From Candidatus Saccharimonadota bacterium (lineage in GTDB: Bacteria > Patescibacteriota > Saccharimonadia > Saccharimonadales > Saccharimonadaceae), in NCBI GenBank assembly GCA_001029695.1, contig CP011211.1:810001-842000 (forward strand): a DNA stretch of 32,000 bases, given 5' to 3'. A program made the position numbers and the translations under genes. Below are positions 23,889-31,048 of the stretch, piece after piece. The notes beneath the pieces are model-generated. The model made no database searches. It worked only from the letters and a program-made list of their open reading frames with translations, and was not told the origin of the DNA. The stretch's first letter is position 1, and every line of letters begins with the position of its first letter.

Positions 23889-24623
23889 ATGAAGAGCACT
23901 CAACGCCCAGCTAAAGAAAGCTTGTCGAGCCATGCACAGACATCATCTTCACATTCCTACAATCTTTTAATGCGTATTAGTGAGAAGCTGGGTCGATCCG
24001 CTACGCGTTCGCTTGTGGAGGTGAAGAGCTTCCTTGCGCAGGAGATTATCCTGACTCCGTCGGAGCGTTTTATGAAAGGTATGCCGCGTATTAAACTTGT
24101 TGACAGAAAAGGGCAGCAAGCGCATAGCCAAGAAGTGAGCGATAGAGTTAGTTACGAAAATAAGAAAAAAATTGAACGTGGCTATGAGGCGCTCGATTCT
24201 GCAGCGAATCTACGACAAGTCGTCGAGCAATCGCATGAGGTTTTGGCAACTGCAAATACTATTTTTCCCGTTACGCTTTTTCCTGATACGGTATTTGTTG
24301 ATCGTACGAAAGTAACAATCATACGCCGTAGCTTCTTTTGGTCTGAAGATGTCTTAAGTATTCGTATTGAAGATGTCCTAAATGTTTCGGCATCGGTTGG
24401 GCCGTTGTTCGGATCTTTAACGATCGCAAGCCGGGTTATGAGCACGACTGATCATTTTCAAATTAACCATTTCTGGCGAAATGATGCCATTCATTTAAAA
24501 CATATCATTCAGGGCTATGTTATCGCTCAACATAACAATCTTGATACAACAAACCTTACAAAAGAGGAGTTGACCCATACACTTATGGAGCTTGGACACG
24601 ACAGTACGGGTCAAAGACTATAG
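23889..24623 (+). CDS. hypothetical soluble protein with bPH-like C-terminal domain
   Basis: 244 aa. AGGAGG lies 8 nt upstream of the ATG. VFVDRTKVTIIRRSFFWSEDVLSIRIEDVLNVSASVGPLFGSLTIASR resembles the bacterial PH motif seen in the 2739-3269 product. No TM segment. Confidence 0.55.
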   Translation: MKSTQRPAKESLSSHAQTSSSHSYNLLMRISEKLGRSATRSLVEVKSFLAQEIILTPSERFMKGMPRIKLVDRKGQQAHSQEVSDRVSYENKKKIERGYEALDSAANLRQVVEQSHEVLATANTIFPVTLFPDTVFVDRTKVTIIRRSFFWSEDVLSIRIEDVLNVSASVGPLFGSLTIASRVMSTTDHFQINHFWRNDAIHLKHIIQGYVIAQHNNLDTTNLTKEELTHTLMELGHDSTGQRL

Positions 24624-24630
24624 TTTAATG

Positions 24631-24656
24631 ATTTATTTACAACGTTGTAAATAAAT
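24631..24656. repeat. perfect 26-bp palindrome ATTTATTTACAAC|GTTGTAAATAAAT
   Basis: It begins 8 nt after the stop of the 23889-24623 gene. It could be an AU-rich terminator hairpin or a dimeric protein-binding site. Confidence 0.8.
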
Positions 24657-24829
24657 ATATTATTAATAAATAACAGATGTAAGATTGATTGTTGTAAAAA
24701 TAATAAGTGATTAAAACATCAATGAGTATTGACCTTTTAAGATGCTCGTGCTATTGTAGATATAAGCTTTTAGAAACACAAAAAAGCAAAACAAACACAT
24801 TGACAATTCAAACTGACTGACGCTAATTT

Positions 24830-24934
24830 GGCGGAAAGTCGATAGCGACACCAGGCTATGATAAAAACTATATTTGCATGATGCAGATACGCACCTTCTT
24901 TATCTGTAATGTGTGGCGCTATCGATGCTCCGCC
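24830..24934 (+). ncRNA. candidate structured RNA or long 5' leader element
   Basis: An imperfect closing helix of about 19 bp: GGCGGA (24830-35) pairs with TCCGCC (24929-34), TCGATAGCG (24839-47) with CGCTATCGA (24917-25), and CAC with GTG. An internal hairpin CAGATA/TATCTG lies at 24884-24906. Possible promoters are TTGACA-16-GCTAAT (24800-24827) or TTGACC-17-TATTGT (24729-24757). Confidence 0.3.
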
Positions 24935-25023
24935 AACCCACTGTATGTGGTGAAGCGTAGAGCACGCGACTTACAAGTACATAGTTATAATAGGCAACTA
25001 TTTGACGATGGAAAGGAGCGCAA

Positions 25024-25572
25024 GTGCACTCCGGTTTTTACCGGAGCGGTCAGATGCCAGGAGTGGCAGATCGTTCATTGGTGCGCGCGCCTAATAATAT
25101 ATTTACAGCGGCGGATCTGTGCTACCAGAACATTTATGGTTTGCTACTCTGGCTCTTTTTTCTTTTGATAGGTATAGTGAAGAGTATGTTGGGAAAATTT
25201 CTCGTTGCAGCTGCACTTATATCAGGAATACTCGTGGGATTGATACTCACGACAACCACGCCAACTAGTGCTGGGGCAATCGGTATACTTGGAATATTTG
25301 TTTTGAGCTATATCTTTCTCGTATCTTTGTTAACTTTTTTTATTTTTGGCTTCTCGCGATTTTTATCGCGATTTTTTGTTATTTTTTCAAAAAATACTCA
25401 GGCGACTCCTGTTCCGCTCAAGAAATCCTACTATTATTCTTCTGTTATCGCCCTTGCGCCCGTGATTATTCTGAGTATGCAATCTGTTAATGGCGTCGGC
25501 GGATATGAGTTTGGTCTTATCTGCCTCCTTGTTGTCCTAGGCTGTCTATATGTAGCAAAAAGAGTTGAATGA
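25024..25572 (+). CDS. polytopic membrane protein, unknown function
   Basis: GTG 25024 is preceded by AGGAG (25014-25018) with a 5-nt spacer. The product has 4-5 hydrophobic helices. An alternative ATG start at 25186 cannot be excluded. Confidence 0.55.
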   Translation: MHSGFYRSGQMPGVADRSLVRAPNNIFTAADLCYQNIYGLLLWLFFLLIGIVKSMLGKFLVAAALISGILVGLILTTTTPTSAGAIGILGIFVLSYIFLVSLLTFFIFGFSRFLSRFFVIFSKNTQATPVPLKKSYYYSSVIALAPVIILSMQSVNGVGGYEFGLICLLVVLGCLYVAKRVE

Positions 25573-25598
25573 TACGGGCATAATTATTAATATGTTTA

Positions 25599-25607
25599 TG
25601 CTATAAT
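25599..25607 (+). promoter_or_regulatory. extended -10 promoter (TGcTATAAT) 7 nt before the ATG (leaderless)
   Basis: TGCTATAAT at 25599-25607, spacer TACAGAT, ATG at 25615. Confidence 0.5.
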
Positions 25608-25614
25608 TACAGAT

Positions 25615-26028
25615 ATGAATCCTGAGCTTCCTTCTCCACAATTCACACCCGAGCAACCCCCGGCAAATGGGGGGCAGGAGTATGCTCAGGCGTTGCCAAA
25701 CCCTGAGACGTTCGGTGAACGCTCGCCAGAGCGTGAGCAGTATATGCAGTCTGTCGATAAAGCGCCTGTACTTCCGCCACCACCACCGATGGTTGCTCCT
25801 ATGCCAGCTGCGCTTCCGTCTGCAACACCTCAGCCTGTGGTGCCGGCCGACGACAATCCCGTGTTAGCTGCCGACGATGATCTAATCGAAAAAGAGTGGG
25901 TAGATAAAGCGAAGCAGATTATTGCTACCACACATGATGATCCGTACAAGCGAGAGCAGGAAGTGAATAAACTGCAGGCAGACTACCTGTTTAAGCGCTA
26001 TGGCAAGGAGCTTGGCTCTCCTCAATAG
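25615..26028 (+). CDS. Pro-rich hypothetical protein
   Basis: 137 aa. The N-terminal two thirds are Pro/Ala/Gln-rich (PVLPPPPPMVAPMPAALPSATPQPVVPA). The C-terminal 50 aa look globular (IEKEWVDKAKQIIATTHDDPYKREQEVNKLQADYLFKRYGK). Confidence 0.55.
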   Translation: MNPELPSPQFTPEQPPANGGQEYAQALPNPETFGERSPEREQYMQSVDKAPVLPPPPPMVAPMPAALPSATPQPVVPADDNPVLAADDDLIEKEWVDKAKQIIATTHDDPYKREQEVNKLQADYLFKRYGKELGSPQ

Positions 26029-26039
26029 GGAGGGCTTAG

Positions 26040-28985
26040 TTGGGGTCTCAACCTATGGCAGGTGTCTTTATCGCACTATTCCTATCGGTAAGTATAGGTG
26101 CCGCGCTAATCGTGATAGTTTTTTCTCAGTATAAGAAGACACTTCGTGAGGCAAAGAACTATGAACGTGGACTTAAGATGGTGCCATTATTTATTCATCT
26201 TCCCCCAGCTAGCGAAGATACAGAGAAGGGTAGTCGTGATGAGCGAGATCTAACTGATGAAGTTTTGTCAGAAGCGCAGGTGATGTATAACATCATTGCG
26301 AGTACTGCAACCAAGGGATTTAAGAATAAGATTTATGGACAGCGTCATATTTCGTTTGAGATAGTCGCAAAGGGCGGGCTCGTCCATTACTACGCCGTAG
26401 TGCCTATGGTGCTTATCGAGGTTATTAAGCAAGCTATTGCGGCGGCATATCCATCAGCGCGCCTCGAGGAGGTGAGCGAACACAATATCTTTAGTCAAAC
26501 TGGAAAAATGAGTGGTGTGATTGGCGGTGAGTTTACGTTAAAGAAAAGTTTTGTTCATCCCATTGCAACGTATCAAGAGACAAAACGAGATGCCGCTCGG
26601 TCATTATTGAATGCGCTATCCGCTGCATCACGCGAAGATGGCGTAGTGTTGCAGTTCTTACTACGACCCGCAAATGAGGGTTGGGTTCGTTCTTCAATTG
26701 ATGCTGCAAAGAAAATCAAAGACGACAAAGGTAAATCATCGGGACTCGGTGTAGGTAGCGCGAAGGGTATGGCTGAACTGCTCTGGAAGCCGCCTGAGGC
26801 TGGTGATAAAAAGCCAGAAGATAAGCAGCTGACCTCACTCGAAGAGGAGCTAGTAAAGGCTATTGAGGAGAAAACAAGATATCCTGGATACGAAGTGCTA
26901 ATTAGGGTGATCGTATCATCAAATACAACAGAGCATTCACAGGGGCTGTTAAAGAATATTGTTGCTGCATTTTCACTTTTTGATTCACCGACCAATAATG
27001 GTTTCAAGTTTACGCTTGCGCGTGACGTGGAAGAATTGGTTACTGCTTTTATATTTAGGTTTTTCCCTCAAAAAGTGAACAATAATATCTTAAATAGTGT
27101 TGAAATGGCAACAGTATTTCATCTTCCTAGTCAAAGTAGTATACCGACGTCAAAAGTACAACGACAGATGTCGAAACAGGTAGACGGCCCAACTCAAGTG
27201 ATGGAGCAAGGTCTACTTCTTGGTGTAAATGAATTTCGGGGAACTCGCAAAGAGATTCGTCTTAGTGAAAATGATCGTCGTCGACATACGTATATTATTG
27301 GGCAAACCGGAACGGGTAAGTCTGTTTTTCAGGAGAATCTTGCACTGCAGGATATGATCGAAGGCAGGGGCTTTGCGTTTATTGACCCACATGGCGACTC
27401 GGCTGAGAAGCTGCTTGCAAATGTTCCAAAGGAGCGTGTCGAGGATGTTATCTATTTCAATCCTAGTGATCTCGAAAACCCGATAGGCCTAAACTTATTT
27501 GAATATGAGACTGAAGATCAGAAGGACTTCTTGGTGCAAGAATCGATTGCGATGCTTTATAGTCTGTATGATCCTGGGCACACTGGTATTGTAGGACCGC
27601 GTATGGAGCATATTTTTCGCAATTGTGCACTTCTGCTTATGTCCGATCCTGCAGGGGGGACATTCATCGATATACCGAAATTATTAGTTGATGATGAGTT
27701 TATGAAATCGAAGCTTAAATATGTTACGGACCGTAACGTGCTTGATTTCTGGACAAAAGAATACCCGGCGTCTCAGCGCTCAAATGAGTCAGGTGAGGTT
27801 ACCAGCTGGGTAGTGAGTAAGTTTGGACCATTTTTGAGCAACACTATGATGCGTAATATTATGGGTCAGACAAAGAGCGGCTTCAATATGAGAGATATCA
27901 TGGACAATAAAAAGATTCTTCTTGTTAACCTCTCGAAAGGTAAGATGGGTGAGCTAAACTCGAAGCTTATCGGTATGATCTTTATTATGAAATTTCAAGC
28001 AGCAGCCATGGCTCGTGCGGATATGGCTGAAGCTGATCGTCAAGATTTCTGTCTTTTTGTTGATGAGTTTCAGAACTTTGCAACTGAAAGCTTTGAATCT
28101 ATTCTCTCTGAGGCGCGTAAGTATCGCCTCAACCTTGTGCTTGGAAATCAGTTTATGACACAGCTAACCGACAAGATTCGCGAGGCGATTATCGGTAATG
28201 TTGGGACAGTGATCTCTGGTCGTATTGGTGTAACCGATGCTGAGTTGATGGTTAAGAAGTTTTCTCCGGTCTTCGATGCCGAGGATCTCACAAAATTACC
28301 GAACTACCAATCGATCGCCTCTGTCATGATTAGTAATGTTCCGTCGGCGCCATTTAGTATGGCGTTTATGCCTCCTGGATGCCGTGACAATCCGCAACTT
28401 GCGGATGCTATGAAGCGTTTGTCGGCCACTAAATATGGCTATAGTCGAGCAATTGTGGAAAAGGAGATCTTTACGAGACTTGAGCCGCCAAAACCAGCGA
28501 TTCCCGCTCAAGCGGCGCGGCCCAACGGTCAGGTGTCTTCGCCGGGTGCCAAGAAGCCAGGTGGAGCGTCATTCCTTGATGATTGGCTTGCTAAGCGCCA
28601 ACAAATGAATAGTAAGCCAGCAGGAGGATCCAGCCTCTCTTCCAATCCTCAGCCTTCACCGATGTCTGTCGCCCCTCAGCAGCGTAGTGGAATTCCGATG
28701 GCACAACAATCTTCTGTGCGTCCAGAGAGTCAACAGCGACAGGCTTCAGTTTCTCCTGTTGCGCCTTCAGCGCCCGTAGCTTCCCAGCGGAGCGTACATA
28801 GAGAAGATGTTCCGAAAGTGAGCTCTAACGGCACTCAGGCGATGCCAGAGGCATCTATCGCTGCAGTGCCACAACAAGCTGTATCGATAACACCTGCGTT
28901 AACTCAGCAGCAAGAAGCACCCTCTGCGGGGAAGGCTGAAATTATTGAGCAGAATCCTACTGAAGTATCTGTACGTCTTCGGTAG
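26040..28985 (+). CDS. VirD4/TraD-like (type IV coupling protein-like, FtsK-HerA superfamily) membrane ATPase with disordered C-terminal tail
   Basis: TTG start with GGGAGGG 5 nt upstream. It has an N-terminal TM helix, Walker A GQTGTGKS (27300-27323), IDPHGD, Walker B LFVDE (28053-28067) and EARKYRLNLVLGNQFMTQL. The last ~190 aa are Pro/Gln/Ser/Ala-rich. Confidence 0.75.
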   Translation: MGSQPMAGVFIALFLSVSIGAALIVIVFSQYKKTLREAKNYERGLKMVPLFIHLPPASEDTEKGSRDERDLTDEVLSEAQVMYNIIASTATKGFKNKIYGQRHISFEIVAKGGLVHYYAVVPMVLIEVIKQAIAAAYPSARLEEVSEHNIFSQTGKMSGVIGGEFTLKKSFVHPIATYQETKRDAARSLLNALSAASREDGVVLQFLLRPANEGWVRSSIDAAKKIKDDKGKSSGLGVGSAKGMAELLWKPPEAGDKKPEDKQLTSLEEELVKAIEEKTRYPGYEVLIRVIVSSNTTEHSQGLLKNIVAAFSLFDSPTNNGFKFTLARDVEELVTAFIFRFFPQKVNNNILNSVEMATVFHLPSQSSIPTSKVQRQMSKQVDGPTQVMEQGLLLGVNEFRGTRKEIRLSENDRRRHTYIIGQTGTGKSVFQENLALQDMIEGRGFAFIDPHGDSAEKLLANVPKERVEDVIYFNPSDLENPIGLNLFEYETEDQKDFLVQESIAMLYSLYDPGHTGIVGPRMEHIFRNCALLLMSDPAGGTFIDIPKLLVDDEFMKSKLKYVTDRNVLDFWTKEYPASQRSNESGEVTSWVVSKFGPFLSNTMMRNIMGQTKSGFNMRDIMDNKKILLVNLSKGKMGELNSKLIGMIFIMKFQAAAMARADMAEADRQDFCLFVDEFQNFATESFESILSEARKYRLNLVLGNQFMTQLTDKIREAIIGNVGTVISGRIGVTDAELMVKKFSPVFDAEDLTKLPNYQSIASVMISNVPSAPFSMAFMPPGCRDNPQLADAMKRLSATKYGYSRAIVEKEIFTRLEPPKPAIPAQAARPNGQVSSPGAKKPGGASFLDDWLAKRQQMNSKPAGGSSLSSNPQPSPMSVAPQQRSGIPMAQQSSVRPESQQRQASVSPVAPSAPVASQRSVHREDVPKVSSNGTQAMPEASIAAVPQQAVSITPALTQQQEAPSAGKAEIIEQNPTEVSVRLR

Positions 28986-29065
28986 GTAAGTCTTCCTGGG
29001 CGGAAGCGTCTCTTGTAGTTAGTTCTCGCTAGGTCCCGTTAATTAGGGGAGAAGGTAGAGCTTGT

Positions 29066-29647
29066 TTATTTACTGCCGTGTATCATTAGGCGCACGAAAT
29101 CATAGAGTAGTCCAAGAACCCACCCCAAGATAAATGCAGCGATTGTTTCGAACCCAGATAGTTGGTAGCCGTAGTTTTTTGCTACAAGATACACTATCGT
29201 AACACTAATAAAAGCAAAGATACTCCCGAATAGAAGCGCGTTTGGACGAGCTACTGTTGATCCGATTGCGTCGCTGGCTTTTTCAACTGCCTTATTGTGT
29301 ATGATCTTGCTAAAGTTCTTACTAGAAGTGCTCATGGAATGTCGTGCGCCTTCAAGCTGATTTTTGAAGCTTGCCTCTCGCTGGGCTTCTCTCGCTGCTT
29401 TGCCGATTGGACCACGACGCTCTGCAGGGGACTTCTCTCGAGTTTGAAGAGCAGTCGTCTCATGGCTCGCTTGGGCAGCATCGAGCGCTTCATGGCGCAC
29501 TTCCTGGATGGATTCTTTTTCTTTCTTAGATTCGGCTTTCTCGAGCTGATCACGCAAGGCCTCTCGTTGCTCTTCGCCGGCACGTTCAAGGTTGGCAGTG
29601 TCGTACTGATTTTCTGGACTTGATTTATTTACTTCTGGACTTGCCAT
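29066..29647 (-). CDS. hypothetical membrane protein (charged N-terminal region, two C-terminal TM helices)
   Basis: I start it at ATG 29647 (MASPEVNK...); the ORF-track GTG at 29659 is also possible. The N-terminal ~130 aa are rich in E/K/R/A. The C-terminus is LLFGSIFAFISVTIVYLVA...IAAFILGWVLGLLYDFV. Confidence 0.55.
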   Translation of the reverse strand: MASPEVNKSSPENQYDTANLERAGEEQREALRDQLEKAESKKEKESIQEVRHEALDAAQASHETTALQTREKSPAERRGPIGKAAREAQREASFKNQLEGARHSMSTSSKNFSKIIHNKAVEKASDAIGSTVARPNALLFGSIFAFISVTIVYLVAKNYGYQLSGFETIAAFILGWVLGLLYDFVRLMIHGSK

Positions 29648-29683
29648 GTTACCCACCACTCTTTTTGCTTGCGTTTAGTTATA

Positions 29684-29747
29684 TTTAGATTATACCAGTA
29701 TTTATGTTGTGTCGATTTAGATTATACCAGTATTTATGTTGTGTCGA
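29684..29747. repeat. perfect 32-bp x2 tandem duplication spanning the stop codon of the LPXTG gene
   Basis: TTTAGATTATACCAGTATTTATGTTGTGTCGA occurs at 29684-29715 and again at 29716-29747. On the minus strand each copy reads ...TACTGGTATAATCTAAA, which is an extended -10 box. Confidence 0.97.
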
Positions 29748-30892
29748 ATGAGACGGATCTCTTGTTTCATTTGTCTTGTTCGTGCGTAAAAGTAGACTGC
29801 AGTAATAAAGACAACTACAGAAAATACAACATTTATAAAAATTCCTGTTGTTGGTAGTTCTGAAGTGACACTCTCTATAGCCTTGATGGCTGGACAATCA
29901 ACAGGTACTTGTCGGTTTACTCCGTAGGTGCTTGAAAGGATGCAGTCAAATGAGGCTTTATCACTCTTGCCAGTAGCTGTTGTAGGAAGTGTTGTCATTA
30001 ACTCTACGACGAACGTTCGTGTCTGCGTTTCTCCCGGAGCAAGCGACACAGTTGGCCATGTGAGCGCGTGAGTGTCTTTGTCGAAAGTTGCTGCACCTGC
30101 ATCAACAAGCGTAGTGTATTCAAGGGTATCGGCAAGTCGAATAGTGAATGGAGCTACGATAGGTGCTTTTGTGGTATTTGTAGCCTGTAGTTGATAAGAA
30201 AGCTTGTCGCGTGGCAATGCTTTTGTTGTCGTACCGTCGCTGTTCTGAGACACATTAGTGATTGTCAGCTGCTTTTGAACGGCTGTATCAATTGGGTTGA
30301 TTGTTAGCGTAGGAGGGACTTCACGAACGGCGAGCCCAGCACTACTCTTAACGATAGCAAACCAACCTGATTGTTTAGACTGGCCGATCCAAGCAGGCAA
30401 TGACTGGGCATTGTTCTTGGTAGTTGCCTGAGAGAGTGCAAGAGGGCTTAGATAGCGGTTCGCTTCTCCTCCCGCGCTCCGTTTGTAGGTGAAGCTAACC
30501 TCGCCGTCATCACTACTAAATTGGCCATACCGACTCATTAGGTATATATTGTCTTGGGCCGATACTGAGCTATAGTGGCTAGCCACGATTTCATCTCGAG
30601 TGATCCCTGCTGCAGTGTAAATGTCTTTCAGGTCATCGCTATTGTTATCATAGCGCAGTAGAAGATCTTCAATATTTTGTACGCCACCTCTAATAAGGTC
30701 CTGCTCGCTAGAGGCATTGGCTGACTCGGGAGGAGAAAATACTGCAAGTGACTGTACGACAACGGCGAGAACGACAAACAACACCGTTAACCGACGGGTG
30801 ATCTCTTCTTGGCGAAGGCGGCGTGCATAGAACCCTACTTGGGTGATAAGCGCCGGGCTGAATGCTAGATTTGAAACTAATTTACGAAACAT
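29717..30892 (-). CDS. LPXTG-anchored cell-surface protein with DUF11-like repeat domain
   Basis: 391 aa. An N-terminal TM/signal anchor (LTVLFVVLAVVVQSLAVF) and a central LSYQLQATNTTKAPIVAPFTIRLADTLEY...LTWPTVSLAPGETQTRTFVVEL (DUF11-like). LPTTG at nt 29843-29857 is followed by a hydrophobic stretch and a basic tail. Confidence 0.75.
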   Translation of the reverse strand: MFRKLVSNLAFSPALITQVGFYARRLRQEEITRRLTVLFVVLAVVVQSLAVFSPPESANASSEQDLIRGGVQNIEDLLLRYDNNSDDLKDIYTAAGITRDEIVASHYSSVSAQDNIYLMSRYGQFSSDDGEVSFTYKRSAGGEANRYLSPLALSQATTKNNAQSLPAWIGQSKQSGWFAIVKSSAGLAVREVPPTLTINPIDTAVQKQLTITNVSQNSDGTTTKALPRDKLSYQLQATNTTKAPIVAPFTIRLADTLEYTTLVDAGAATFDKDTHALTWPTVSLAPGETQTRTFVVELMTTLPTTATGKSDKASFDCILSSTYGVNRQVPVDCPAIKAIESVTSELPTTGIFINVVFSVVVFITAVYFYARTRQMKQEIRLIRHNINTGII

Positions 30893-30996
30893 TGCTCTTT
30901 ATTCTTTTTTGTTTGTGTACAAATAACCTCTTGTGTAGTAGATTAGCATAAGAATTGTGTTCAATGCAAGCGCTTGAGTGAATACAAATAGTCCTA

Positions 30997-31002
30997 TATA
31001 AT
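30997..31002 (+). promoter_or_regulatory. -10 box TATAAT upstream of gyrB
   Basis: TATAAT lies 46 nt upstream of the ATG. GAGGGA lies 5 nt before the ATG. Confidence 0.45.
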
Positions 31003-31048
31003 AGACGTAAAGTAAATAGCTGAACAGACGTAAAGTAGTGAGGGAATA

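Noticed and set aside
24878-25168. 96-aa plus-strand ORF in the AT-rich gap
   Set aside because: It has no SD, overlaps the structured element and overlaps the SD-equipped membrane-protein gene out of frame. Its composition is Cys/Arg-rich and implausible.
23453-30892. Genomic island integrated at ssrA
   Set aside because: tmRNA genes are common integration sites and the downstream block is all unknown envelope genes. However, I found no integrase and, scanning by eye, no direct repeat of the tmRNA 3' end (…GATTCCCCGCAGCTCCACCA) downstream. The hypothesis is not supportable from this window and needs a computed repeat search and comparative synteny.
30893-31048. Replication origin next to gyrB
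   Set aside because: There are only weak TTGTGTNNN similarities to DnaA boxes (best is TGTGTACAA, 8 of 9) and no dnaA or dnaN gene nearby. A single 8-of-9 box (AGTGGATAA at 11369-11377) elsewhere is also isolated. This is not enough for an oriC call.
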